A stretch of DNA of 64,000 nucleotides, from the NCBI GenBank assembly GCA_015231175.1, contig JADGBZ010000001.1:18407-82406 (forward strand). The letters are read 5' to 3'. Numbering within the stretch: the stretch's first letter is position 1; every line of letters starts with the position of its first letter. This document shows, in pieces, positions 53,949 through 63,459 of the stretch. Origin of the DNA: Magnetococcales bacterium (GTDB lineage Bacteria; Pseudomonadota; Magnetococcia; Magnetococcales; DC0425bin3). Under the pieces are notes generated by a model, which ran no database searches, was not told the DNA's origin, and worked only from the letters and a program-made list of their open reading frames with translations. The position numbers were made by a program, and so were the translations under genes.

Positions 53949-54791
53949 TCAATGCCCGGATTCAGGTTGGGTTTCCGCGAGGCCGGGGCCTCGACGCACC
54001 GGTTGGATGGCACGGCAGCGGCCTGTGGCGGCATGCACCCGCACCAAAGCGCCACACAACGTACCTGCCCCGTCGGCAGGCTGCAATTTGCCTGGCAAAT
54101 GGGTGGTAAATTTGGGCATGACGCTATCGACACGCATGCCGATGACCGAATCGTAGCTTCCCGTCATGCCCAGGTCACACTGAAACCCGGTCCCACGCGG
54201 AAAAATGCGTTGATCGGCTGTCGGCACATGGGTGTGGGTTCCCAACACCGCTGAAACGCGGCCATCGAGATGCCAGGCCATGGCAACCTTTTCCGATGAC
54301 GCCTCGGCATGGAAATCGACCACGATGACATCGACATCACGCCCCAGGCGGACGGATGCGAGGAGTTTGTCGGCACTTTGAAACGGGCAATCCACGGCAT
54401 CCATGAATACCCGCCCCAAAAGATTCAAGACGCCGACCCGCACGCCGCCTGGCGTGGCCAATTGCACATACCCCTGGCCAGGCACGCCGGGAGGGTAATT
54501 GACAGGACGCAGCAACCGATGATGCGTGCCCAGATAATCGTGTATCTCCGCGTATCGCCAGATGTGATTGCCCGACGTGATGACATCCACCCCCGCCTTG
54601 AAAAGCTCATCGGCAATAGCCGGAGTGATGCCAATGCCCGCTGCGGCGTTCTCCCCATTGGCGACAACAAGGTCAACCCCCAGGGCCAGACGCAGATGTC
54701 CCAAATGCTGTTGCAGGACACGCCGACCCGGCTTGCCCACCACATCGCCGATCAGGAGGAGCGACAATTCTTCCGGTTTGGTTGCGGTCAT
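53949..54791 (-). CDS. YmdB-family (TIGR00282-type) metallophosphoesterase
   Basis: [48 protein letters not shown], and [10 protein letters not shown] motifs. ATGA overlap with the murE stop. Confidence 0.85.
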   Translation of the reverse strand: MTATKPEELSLLLIGDVVGKPGRRVLQQHLGHLRLALGVDLVVANGENAAAGIGITPAIADELFKAGVDVITSGNHIWRYAEIHDYLGTHHRLLRPVNYPPGVPGQGYVQLATPGGVRVGVLNLLGRVFMDAVDCPFQSADKLLASVRLGRDVDVIVVDFHAEASSEKVAMAWHLDGRVSAVLGTHTHVPTADQRIFPRGTGFQCDLGMTGSYDSVIGMRVDSVMPKFTTHLPGKLQPADGAGTLCGALVRVHAATGRCRAIQPVRRGPGLAETQPESGH

Positions 54792-56356
54792 GTTCTCCGC
54801 CAGAAATTCAGTTGGTTTTTGGACACTTCGACATCGCTGAAAGGCAATACCCGTCCTGCCACGCTTTGCCCGGTTTCATGGCCCTTGCCTGCCAATAAAA
54901 CAGTATCGCCCGCCGATGCCAGGGTGAAGGCATGTGCGATGGCCATGGCTCGATCACCCATCTCCAGGCAGGTGTGTTTTCCCCCGATTTCAGCGATGCC
55001 TGTCAAAATAGCCTGTCGAATGACGGCAGGATCTTCGTTGCGGGGGTTGTCATCGGTTACAATGGTCATATCGGCCAGACAGGCAGCGACACGGCCCATC
55101 ATCGGGCGTTTCAGCTTGTCTCGATCGCCACCGCAACCAAACAGGAGGAGCAAACGCCCCGGGGTGATGCGCCGGGCGGTCCGCAACAGGCGTTCCAGGG
55201 CATCCGGTGTATGGGCAAAGTCGACCACAACAGCAAAAGGTTGACCACCATCAATCCTTTGCATGCGACCTGGGGGAGGGGTAAACCGGGCCAGACCTGT
55301 CTGGATCAGAGCGGGAGAGATGGATAGTTGCCAGGCAATCGCAGCCGCAGCCAAGGCATTGGTGACATTGAAATCACCCGGCACGGGCAGATCGACAGTG
55401 ACTTCACCCGCAGGCGTGACCATCCGGAAGCGGGAACCTTGCCAGGTCATGGCCACGTCACGGGCCTGAAAATCTCCAGTTTCACCCATCTCCCCGGCAA
55501 ATGTGGCCACCGGTATGTCACCCCTCCGGCATTGTTCCAACAAGACGGGTGCGCGTGGGTCATGCATGTTGATCACGCTGCGCGCACACTGGCCAGCCTG
55601 GAACAGGCGCGATTTGGCCGTAAAATAGGCTTCCTCGGTTCCATGGTAGTCCAGATGGTCGCGGGTGAGATTTAAAAAAGCCCCCACATCAAAAAAGATA
55701 CTGGCCGTGCGGGATTGATCCAAGGCATGCGAAGAGACCTCCATGACCATGGCCGTGCAACCGGAGCCCTGCATCTCTCCCAGCAAAGATTGCAGGGTAA
55801 TGGGATCGGGTGTGGTCATGGAGGTGGCCTGTTGCACTCCTGGCCAACGATTTCCTGTGGTTCCCATGACGCCAACCCGCTTGCCGCTCACGGACAGAAT
55901 GGATTCCACCATGGCCGCCACGGTCGTCTTGCCGTTGGTTCCCGTGATCCCGACGGTTTGCATCGTGCGGGCAGGGTGACCGTAAAAGGCTGCGGCCAGC
56001 CACGACAACCCCCGACGCGGCTCGGGGTGAATGAACCGGCAGACCCGATTGGCGACAGCCGGATCAGGGGCCCAGCTCCCATCATCCAGAATGGCTGCGG
56101 CTCCCCGTTCCAGGGCCTGGTCGATGAAGAGATGCCCATCAGCATGTCTACCCGAGAGGGCAGCAAAGAGAAAACCAGGCGCGACCTGCCGGGAATCGGC
56201 TGTCAATCCCGACAAGGGAACATTCGGCCCCGTGCAGACCAGATCGACACAATCTTGCGCCAGAAGATAAGAACCACACCCGTGCAAACCGGCAGATTGG
56301 TGTATGGCACAAGCCTCGTTCCCGGCAGATTGGCGTATGGCACAAGCCTCGTTCAT
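54788..56356 (-). CDS. murE: UDP-N-acetylmuramoyl-L-alanyl-D-glutamate--2,6-diaminopimelate ligase
   Basis: SRQVAPGFLFAALSG, GITGTNGKTT, HLDYHGT, and the DNPR motif (TDDNPRNEDP). Start trimmed to ATG 56356, overlapping the ftsI stop (ATGA). The N-terminus carries a duplicated 11-aa unit. Confidence 0.9.
   Translation of the reverse strand: MNEACAIRQSAGNEACAIHQSAGLHGCGSYLLAQDCVDLVCTGPNVPLSGLTADSRQVAPGFLFAALSGRHADGHLFIDQALERGAAAILDDGSWAPDPAVANRVCRFIHPEPRRGLSWLAAAFYGHPARTMQTVGITGTNGKTTVAAMVESILSVSGKRVGVMGTTGNRWPGVQQATSMTTPDPITLQSLLGEMQGSGCTAMVMEVSSHALDQSRTASIFFDVGAFLNLTRDHLDYHGTEEAYFTAKSRLFQAGQCARSVINMHDPRAPVLLEQCRRGDIPVATFAGEMGETGDFQARDVAMTWQGSRFRMVTPAGEVTVDLPVPGDFNVTNALAAAAIAWQLSISPALIQTGLARFTPPPGRMQRIDGGQPFAVVVDFAHTPDALERLLRTARRITPGRLLLLFGCGGDRDKLKRPMMGRVAACLADMTIVTDDNPRNEDPAVIRQAILTGIAEIGGKHTCLEMGDRAMAIAHAFTLASAGDTVLLAGKGHETGQSVAGRVLPFSDVEVSKNQLNFWRRT
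56289..56354. repeat. 2 x 33-bp tandem duplication at the ftsI/murE junction
   Basis: CCGGCAGATTGGTGTATGGCACAAGCCTCGTTC (56289-56321) and CCGGCAGATTGGCGTATGGCACAAGCCTCGTTC (56322-56354), with one mismatch. It encodes NEACAI(R/H)QSAG twice in MurE. Confidence 0.9.
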
Positions 56357-58440
56357 TGCAGCTCCAACCGCATGCCCCCATCGGGCAGGGCGATTTCCCG
56401 AACGACTCGACCGGAACCCTGAACCTGTGGAATGACGCCCCTCTCGATCAAAACCTCCAGAGACTGCCACAAGCTCATGTCGACCAGGGAGTTCGTTGCC
56501 GGTTGATCCTTGGGCTGCTCCGGGTTGAACACATGTCCGGCAATGGGTGGCATGGGGGCATTTTTGGGAATTTCCGGCAACACGGCCAACAAGGGGAGGA
56601 CTTCCTGGGAGATCTCCTTGAAAACAGGCGCAGCGACGACACCGCCATAATACTGCCCGACAGGCTCGTCCAACCCCACATAGATCAGCAGGCGCGGATG
56701 ATCCGCCGGGATAAACCCGACGAAAGAGGAGAAATACAACCCGGCTGCGTATCCACCCATGGGGGAGGCCTTTTGTGCCGTGCCGGTCTTCCCGGCAGAG
56801 ACATACCCCTCCACGGCAGCCTGGGGCGCGGTTCCCTCCGGACCCACCACGTCCGTGAGAATCTTGCGCATCATCTGGGATGTCGCCTCAGAGATGACTT
56901 GCGTCGGCGGATTGCGCTTCTGCGGAACCAGCCTGCCATTGACGACACGGCCAGCCGCCAGATGGGGTTGGTAAAGTTGCCCCCCATTGACGATGGCCGC
57001 TGCCCCGCTGGCCAACTGTATGGGGGTGACGCTGATACCTTGTCCAAAGGAGCGGTTGGCAAGTCCGACCCGCACATAATGCTTGATATCCGGAAAACGT
57101 CCGCTGGCTTCATAATCGAGTTCGATTCCGGTAGGTCGGGCAAAACCGAAACGATGGAGATAGGGCTCCTGTCGTTCGTTCCCGAGCATCAGGCCAATCT
57201 TGGCGGCCCCGACGTTGGAGCTTTTCTGCAAAACCTGACTGACAGTCATCATCTGATGTTTCCGGTGGGTGTCCCGAATGCGGCGACCACCCACGACGAT
57301 GCTGCCACCCTCGATGTCAAGAAGGGTATCCGGCTTGACCACCCCCTGGTCCAGGGCGGCGGAGACGGTAAAAATCTTGAACGTGGACCCTGGTTCAAAG
57401 GCATCCATGACCACCCGGTTGCGCCGGTCCTTGGGCTCGCTTTCGGCCAGGTTGTTGGGATTAAAACTGGGTTGGTTCACCATGGCCAGGATATCGCCAT
57501 TGTCAGGATCGAGGACGACAACCACGCCGGATTGCGCCTTGGTGCGGGTCATGGCCTTGAGCAAAGCGCGGTAGGCTACATACTGGATTGTTGTGTCGAT
57601 GGTCAAAACCAGGTCGGTCCCCGGGTGGGCGGGTTGCAAAACCTGGGCTTGCGGCATGGGGCGACCCAGACGATCCCGGACGACGAGACGGCTTCCGTCC
57701 TTGCCGCGCAGGACTGTTTCAAAGGAACGTTCCAGCCCCTCGACACCGCGCCCGTCAAAATCGACGAAACCGATGATATGGGAGGTCAACTCCCCCAGGG
57801 GATAGAAGCGCTGCACTTCCGGAGCAAAAAACAGCGCCGGACCTTCTGCTTCTTCCCCGGTCCGTTGCTCCTTTTCGCGGATCAGCTTCTCCTCCATGGT
57901 CTGGATTTTGTCGACAACGTCTGGGGAAAGCCGACGTTTCAAAACCGGAAAGCTCCCCGGACGCGCCTTGCTCAGGCGTTTTTCCAGAGTGGCAACATCC
58001 GTATCCAGGAGAGGGGCGAGCCATCTGGCCATCTCACCCGGATCACCCATCCGGTCACGATCCAACGACAGGGTTTTGACCGGCAGGCTCGTGGCCATGG
58101 TTCGACCATGGCGATCCAGGATACGGCCACGCACGCCGGGTATGGGCACTTTCTTTTTGTACTGATTGTCGGCCTTTTCGCGTAGACTCTCCCCCTGAAG
58201 GATGGTGAGATCCAGGGCGCGGATGCCCAGCAGGGCAAAACACAGAAGAAACATTCCCACGACAAAACGGAGCCGGCTCTGAAAGTGGGCTTCGCTGTCA
58301 CGAGGCACAAGGGGATTGGGAAGACGCGCCAGGATACCCTGCCGCCCGCCAACCGATGGCGAACGCACGATCCTTTTGGGCCGCACGGGCGCAGGTGGAG
58401 GTCGTGCAGCCGATTTATCCTTGGGTCTGCTGAATTTCAT
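56353..58440 (-). CDS. ftsI: Peptidoglycan D,D-transpeptidase FtsI (PBP3-type class B PBP)
   Basis: N-terminal TM anchor, dimerisation domain, and transpeptidase motifs PGSTFK, SSN and KTGTA, within rsmH-ftsL-ftsI-murE order. Confidence 0.92.
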   Translation of the reverse strand: MKFSRPKDKSAARPPPAPVRPKRIVRSPSVGGRQGILARLPNPLVPRDSEAHFQSRLRFVVGMFLLCFALLGIRALDLTILQGESLREKADNQYKKKVPIPGVRGRILDRHGRTMATSLPVKTLSLDRDRMGDPGEMARWLAPLLDTDVATLEKRLSKARPGSFPVLKRRLSPDVVDKIQTMEEKLIREKEQRTGEEAEGPALFFAPEVQRFYPLGELTSHIIGFVDFDGRGVEGLERSFETVLRGKDGSRLVVRDRLGRPMPQAQVLQPAHPGTDLVLTIDTTIQYVAYRALLKAMTRTKAQSGVVVVLDPDNGDILAMVNQPSFNPNNLAESEPKDRRNRVVMDAFEPGSTFKIFTVSAALDQGVVKPDTLLDIEGGSIVVGGRRIRDTHRKHQMMTVSQVLQKSSNVGAAKIGLMLGNERQEPYLHRFGFARPTGIELDYEASGRFPDIKHYVRVGLANRSFGQGISVTPIQLASGAAAIVNGGQLYQPHLAAGRVVNGRLVPQKRNPPTQVISEATSQMMRKILTDVVGPEGTAPQAAVEGYVSAGKTGTAQKASPMGGYAAGLYFSSFVGFIPADHPRLLIYVGLDEPVGQYYGGVVAAPVFKEISQEVLPLLAVLPEIPKNAPMPPIAGHVFNPEQPKDQPATNSLVDMSLWQSLEVLIERGVIPQVQGSGRVVREIALPDGGMRLELQ

Positions 58441-58715
58441 GGATCATCCTGGCGCCAGACCCGCCATTGGTCAGAGCGTGGGGGTTCCATGCCCAACTCT
58501 TTGCGCGCCCGCCGCTCTATGGTGTTCAAGCCGGTCCGATACACCCATTCTACCTGCAGAGCCTGTTCCTCATCCAGGAGTTGCAGCCTCTCCTTTTGGG
58601 CGGCTTCCAGGGCGCGATGGGCCGTCAACATCCAGCTGCGCGAAGCGACGGTGGCCGCCGCAGTGACCACGAGCAGAGCGATCAGAACCAAGGATAGCAA
58701 CCAATAGGGTCTCAT
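58437..58715 (-). CDS. ftsL: Cell division protein FtsL
   Basis: 92 aa, a single TM helix (WLLSLVLIALLVVTAAA) followed by a coiled coil. Positioned between rsmH and ftsI with 4-nt overlaps on both sides. Confidence 0.85.
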   Translation of the reverse strand: MRPYWLLSLVLIALLVVTAAATVASRSWMLTAHRALEAAQKERLQLLDEEQALQVEWVYRTGLNTIERRARKELGMEPPRSDQWRVWRQDDP

Positions 58716-59779
58716 GGAGTGTCCATCCTTTCCGGCAAACGCTCCGCCACACGCACCCGGGCGCTTCGGGCGCGAGGATTTTTTTGTATCTCACTGGGGG
58801 AGGGCGTCCAGGGTTTGCGGGTGATCAGACGCAAAACCGGCGATGGGGCGGCTGAAAGGAGAGGGGGCGGCAACCTGGGATGACCGACCAAATCCGGTCG
58901 GGCGCCCTGACGAAAAGTCTCTTTGACCAAACGATCTTCCAGGGAGTGAAAACTGATGACCACGATGCGCCCGCCTGGTTTGAGGCAGGATATGCCCGCA
59001 GCCAAACCAGACTGGAGTTCCGTCAATTCGTCGTTGACCGCAATACGCAAGGCTTGAAAGGTCCGTGTTGCAGGATGAATCCCTCCGCGTTTATAGGGGA
59101 GAGCCCGTTCCAGGAGTTTCGCTAACTGGCGCGTGGTGGTCAATGGCGCTTGAAGGCGCGCTTGTACAATGACGCGGGCAACCCGACGGGCGTACCGCTC
59201 ATCACCGTGATGAAAGATCAGGTCGGCCAACGCCTGTTGTCCCAGGCGGTTGACCAGATCGGCTGCGGAAGGACCGCTTGCCGGATCCATGCGCATGTCC
59301 AAAGGGCCATCCGCCTGGAAGGAAAACCCCCGGTTGGGAACATCCAATTGGTGCGAAGAGACCCCCAGATCGAAAATGATTCCATCCACCAACCCCATGC
59401 CAAGACGTTGCAGATGTTCCGTCAATTGGCCAAACCTGCCATGCAGCAAGGTCAGGCGTCCCTGCCAGGCTTGCACGGCCAAGGCGCCATGGGCCACCGC
59501 TTCGGGATCCCGGTCCATGGCGATGACGCGACCGTCCGGCGCCATGGCCTCCAGCAAACGAGCACTATGCCCCCCCCCGCCGAAGGTGGCATCGACCAAA
59601 ATCTGCCCGCTCATCGGCGCCAGGGCGGCAAGCACCTCCTCGGCCATGACCGGGGTGTGATAACACCCGGAGGCCGGATCCAGAGTCAGCCCAGGGCACA
59701 AGACAGAAGAGTTGTCGGGGGCATGTAGAATGTCGGTTCTTTCCTGCAATGGTTTTCTCTCCACATTATTCAGGTGCAA
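58712..59779 (-). CDS. rsmH: 16S rRNA (cytosine1402-N4)-methyltransferase RsmH/MraW
   Basis: HTPVMAEEVL, VDATFGGGGHS, GIIFDLGVSSHQLD, and SFHSLEDR motifs. The true start may lie downstream of 59779. Confidence 0.9.
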   Translation of the reverse strand: MHLNNVERKPLQERTDILHAPDNSSVLCPGLTLDPASGCYHTPVMAEEVLAALAPMSGQILVDATFGGGGHSARLLEAMAPDGRVIAMDRDPEAVAHGALAVQAWQGRLTLLHGRFGQLTEHLQRLGMGLVDGIIFDLGVSSHQLDVPNRGFSFQADGPLDMRMDPASGPSAADLVNRLGQQALADLIFHHGDERYARRVARVIVQARLQAPLTTTRQLAKLLERALPYKRGGIHPATRTFQALRIAVNDELTELQSGLAAGISCLKPGGRIVVISFHSLEDRLVKETFRQGARPDLVGHPRLPPPLLSAAPSPVLRLITRKPWTPSPSEIQKNPRARSARVRVAERLPERMDTP

Positions 59780-59945
59780 ACACGCGCACCTTTTGCACGT
59801 CCTATGTTACCCATACCTGTCATCTTGAATAACGAATATTATTATTGCAAAATAATTCATATCGACACAATGCAAATCATTTCAATTAAACACCTGTCAT
59901 TGTTATTTGCCGTGCCGCACCCATACTTGTCGAATCTCTCTGGAG

Positions 59946-59970
59946 GTAATCGTTCAGAGACCCCCGGACT
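59946..59970 (+). repeat. Orphan IS66-type terminal repeat (25 nt)
   Basis: GTAATCGTTCAGAGACCCCCGGACT versus the left end of the IS at 41890, GTAGTCGTTCAGAGACCCCTGGACC (22/25). It is directly followed by the short MITE. Confidence 0.7.
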
Positions 59971-60054
59971 GTAACCGTTCAGCGCCCCTTCCAGAAAAAT
60001 CTGGACATGAAAGCCTTTGTCAGGGCTTTTCTGGAAGGGGCGCTGAACGGTTAC
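59971..60054. mobile_element. MITE family A, short 84-bp derivative with perfect 28-bp TIRs
   Basis: GTAACCGTTCAGCGCCCCTTCCAGAAAA - ATCTGGACATGAAAGCCTTTGTCAGGGC - TTTTCTGGAAGGGGCGCTGAACGGTTAC. Confidence 0.85.
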
Positions 60055-60069
60055 AAAACGAGGATGAAA

Positions 60070-63000
60070 TCACCTGGAATCCGGGAGCAAAAAGTGGAGA
60101 TCCGGATCCCTGAAAATCCGGCACGCATGGTCAGGATCCAGGGGTCTGTGGATATAAAACCCCTGCAACTCATCGCAACCGGCGCGTGAGAGTATATTGA
60201 ACTGCTCCAGATTTTCAACCCCTTCCGCGACAATCTGGAGCCCATGGTTGCGGCCCAGGGCGATGATGGCCGCAACGATGCCCTCGCTCTTGCTGCTGAG
60301 ATGGATATCCTGGACGAACGAGCGGTCGATCTTCAATGTCTGAATCGGCAACCGGTGCAGACGACTCAGGGAGGAGAAGCCGGTGCCAAAATCATCCAGG
60401 GCCACGGTGATGCCCAGGGATTGAAACGCTCCCAGCAGTTCAACGGCCTGGTGGGAACTCTGCATCACCACGCTTTCAGTGATTTCAAACTCCAACATGT
60501 GGGGAGGAATGCCCGACGCATCCAAGGCGGCATGCATCATTTTGGGGAAATTCGGATCCAACAACTGGCGGGGCGAGAGGTTGATGGCCATGGTAAACCC
60601 TTGCATGCCCGCATCCAGCCAGGCGCGAGCCTGATGGCAGGCCGTCTGGATGATCCACTCCCCCAGCGGCAGAATCAGGCCCGACTCCTCGGCCAGAGGA
60701 ATGAACTCCATGGGAGAGACGGTCACGTTGCCATCCAGATGCATGCGCACCAGGGCTTCGAATCCGGTAAATCTGTGCGCTTGTGGATTCCATTTGGGCT
60801 GATAACAAAGAGTGAACTCCCCTTTGTGAATGGCTCGCCGCAACTGTTCGATTTTGTGCAGGCGCGCCTCCATTTCCAGGCGCGTCCCCGACTCATAGAA
60901 CTCCCAATGGCCATATCCCAACTCTCTGGCCTTTCTTAAAGCAGTCACGGCGTTTTTGATCAGCAGGTCGGGTTTTTCGCCATCCTGCGGAAAGATGGCC
61001 ACGCCCATGTTGACCCGGACCGTCGACTCCTTCCCGAAAATCAAAAAGGGTTGATTCAGGGATTCCCGGAGGCGCTCCACCATCAAGGCCACCTGGTCAT
61101 TATTGGTCAATCCATTGAATATAAAAGCAAATTCGCGATCGCTCCAGCGCGCCAGGGTATCAACCTTGCGTTTGATCTGCCGCAACCGCCGGGCCATCTT
61201 TCCCAGAAGCCGCTCTTCGGAGTCCATTGCCAGGTTGTCAAAACTGGTCATGGCCCCATCTTCTGGAGCCAGCAGAACCATGGCGATGATCTCCTGCGTG
61301 CCACGGACCTGCCGCATGGCCTGTTTCAGACGATCCTTGAGAAGACGCCGATTGGGCAGACCGGTTAAATGATCCTTGAAGTGGCACTCCCTGAGTTTTT
61401 GCATCAGCTGATCTTTTTCCACTTCCACTCCCGCAGTCTCCATCTCCTCTGGCGCCACCTCCACAGGTTGACTGGTGACGGGTTTGACCAGGGAAACGGG
61501 CTGCCGTCGATTGACGAACAAGGAGTTGCCGGGAATTTTTTTGGCCTGTTTTTTGGCCTCCGCCGCAAAACGGGAAATTTCCATGAAGCTGGCGATGCGA
61601 CCCGGTTCGACGACAACCACACCCAGGGAGAGGGATGTCAGGGGATGAAACACCCGTTTGCCTTGGCGATCCTCCGATTCATAACCAGAATTTTTTACAT
61701 GTTCCAGGTCGAAGAAGGCGACCACGACCTTGGCAAACTCCGCCAGTATTCGTTGGCAACGCGCCTCCCAGTCCGTACTGCGAAAGAGGATGATGAAATC
61801 ATCGCCGCCGATATGCCCCAGAAAGTCCAGATCATGCTCTACGCAGTCGGAAAGAACCGATGCCGTGGCCTGAATGATGCTGTCTCCTTTTTTAAACCCG
61901 TAGACATCGTTGTAGGGTTTGAAATGATCCAGATCACAATAACAGGCGATGAATGGGATTTGACCTTCGATCCACAGGTTGGCGGTGTCGTTGATGGGAA
62001 CATTGCCCGGCAGCAGGGTCAGCGGATTGGCATGCCGCGCCCCCTGGATCTGCATCTCGGTCAACACCCGCAACAACTCATGGACCGTTCCAACACCCAC
62101 ATAGTTGTCCTGGTCGTAGACGATATAGCCACTGGCCAAAGCGCGATGGGTGTCGTTCAACATTTTTTTGCTGAGCTCCTGGATGGAGATATCCACCCCC
62201 ACCACATGGGGCTCCTTTTCCATCAGGAGAGAACAGGGTTTGCGCCCGAATAAATCATGGTGAAAGGGGCGGGCCAGGCGCTCCATGAAGGCATGCCGGT
62301 TCAACAAACCCACCACCTCGCCATTTTGCATGACCGGCAGCAGATCCAGATGGGGATAATCCTGGAAAAGACCCAACACGTCGATGTTATGGGTCTCCGG
62401 GGAAACGACCGGAGCCGACCTGACCAGATCCTTGTTGCCGATGGTGTCGCGCTGCGTCACGGAACGATCCTGGAAGCCTGACTCCCCCAGGAGCAGGTCT
62501 TTGACCCCCACAGGGACCAGGGCCAGAGGATCGGGGCGTGGCCGGCCAAGCAAAAAACCCATGCCGTGCGTCACACCCAGACTTTTCGCCACACGCAACT
62601 CCTCACGGGTTTCGATACCCTGGGCGATAAGCCGCGCACCAGCTTGTTGCGCCAGAGTTCCCAACGCTGCCAGATGCCGCTGTTTGACCAGGTCGATATC
62701 AATGTTCTGGATGAAATAACGATCCACAGTGATATTCTGGATCTGTTGTTCCAAGAGTTGCTCCGGGACCATCCCCGTCACATCCAGATGATGCACGGCC
62801 ACCGGAAAACGCTTTTGAATCACCTCCTGATCCGCTTCTTGTGCAACCTGCATGATCAAAGGCACGGGAATATCCAGGAGATGATCCAAAAATGGACTCA
62901 GGTCGACACGAGGTGATTCGCTGGCGGCCTTGCCGAGGGCCAGTTTCAAAAACAACCAACCTGTCAGATGAATGGCATGAAACCGCTGCAACAGAATGAC

Positions 63001-63300
63001 CCGGCTGATGTGATCCAAAATTTCCACCATGCCACAGCGTTCCGCCACCTGAAACAGTTTGTCCGGTGCGTGCAGCCTGCTGTGGGATGGTCCCCGGATG
63101 CGGCCCTGAAAACCGAATATGCGGCCATCACAGAAATCCACCACCGGCTGATAGATGGGCGTCAAATGCTGTTGATGCACAATATTGAGCAGCTCCTTTT
63201 TCTGCTCGATGGGCAGATCCACGTCATGGGGCAAGGCCTCTTCCAGGGTCTTCTGGAAAATGTTTTTCAGTTTGTCGGATGGTGTGACATATGTCTCCAT
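60070..63300 (-). CDS. Five-domain c-di-GMP protein: degenerate EAL - CBS pair - GGDEF(GGDDF) - degenerate GGDEF - canonical EAL
   Basis: 1076 aa. The N-terminal EAL-like domain lacks the EAL triad (YQPVVDF..GRIFGFQGRIRG...IAQGIETREE...GFLLGRP). This is followed by a CBS-like pair, DLDHFKPYNDVYGFKKGD...HIGGDDFIILF, LTGLPNRRLL...RWSDREFAFIF, and finally YQPKWN...FEALVRMH...EFEITES...DDFGTGFSSLSRL...KIDRSFV...AEGVEN. Confidence 0.88.
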   Translation of the reverse strand: METYVTPSDKLKNIFQKTLEEALPHDVDLPIEQKKELLNIVHQQHLTPIYQPVVDFCDGRIFGFQGRIRGPSHSRLHAPDKLFQVAERCGMVEILDHISRVILLQRFHAIHLTGWLFLKLALGKAASESPRVDLSPFLDHLLDIPVPLIMQVAQEADQEVIQKRFPVAVHHLDVTGMVPEQLLEQQIQNITVDRYFIQNIDIDLVKQRHLAALGTLAQQAGARLIAQGIETREELRVAKSLGVTHGMGFLLGRPRPDPLALVPVGVKDLLLGESGFQDRSVTQRDTIGNKDLVRSAPVVSPETHNIDVLGLFQDYPHLDLLPVMQNGEVVGLLNRHAFMERLARPFHHDLFGRKPCSLLMEKEPHVVGVDISIQELSKKMLNDTHRALASGYIVYDQDNYVGVGTVHELLRVLTEMQIQGARHANPLTLLPGNVPINDTANLWIEGQIPFIACYCDLDHFKPYNDVYGFKKGDSIIQATASVLSDCVEHDLDFLGHIGGDDFIILFRSTDWEARCQRILAEFAKVVVAFFDLEHVKNSGYESEDRQGKRVFHPLTSLSLGVVVVEPGRIASFMEISRFAAEAKKQAKKIPGNSLFVNRRQPVSLVKPVTSQPVEVAPEEMETAGVEVEKDQLMQKLRECHFKDHLTGLPNRRLLKDRLKQAMRQVRGTQEIIAMVLLAPEDGAMTSFDNLAMDSEERLLGKMARRLRQIKRKVDTLARWSDREFAFIFNGLTNNDQVALMVERLRESLNQPFLIFGKESTVRVNMGVAIFPQDGEKPDLLIKNAVTALRKARELGYGHWEFYESGTRLEMEARLHKIEQLRRAIHKGEFTLCYQPKWNPQAHRFTGFEALVRMHLDGNVTVSPMEFIPLAEESGLILPLGEWIIQTACHQARAWLDAGMQGFTMAINLSPRQLLDPNFPKMMHAALDASGIPPHMLEFEITESVVMQSSHQAVELLGAFQSLGITVALDDFGTGFSSLSRLHRLPIQTLKIDRSFVQDIHLSSKSEGIVAAIIALGRNHGLQIVAEGVENLEQFNILSRAGCDELQGFYIHRPLDPDHACRIFRDPDLHFLLPDSR

Positions 63301-63459
63301 ATGCTTCTCCTCCTGCGGACCTGTTTGACAACATAAATTTGCAAAGAACCGATTTTATATTATTATTATAATCATTTACAGAAACAGCGACCCTCTGCCC
63401 CCCGCCAAGCCCCTCCGGCTAGAAATCAACGCCCTGGATCAGGCCACCATTCCAAAAAG

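Noticed and set aside
52369-56354. CRISPR-like arrays
   Set aside because: The only tandem repeats (3 x 33 bp, 2 x 33 bp, 2 x 40 bp) are contiguous duplications without spacers. No cas genes are present.
56356-58185. 609-aa plus-strand ORF
   Set aside because: It lies antisense to ftsI, which has the STFK, SSN and KTGTA motifs on the minus strand.
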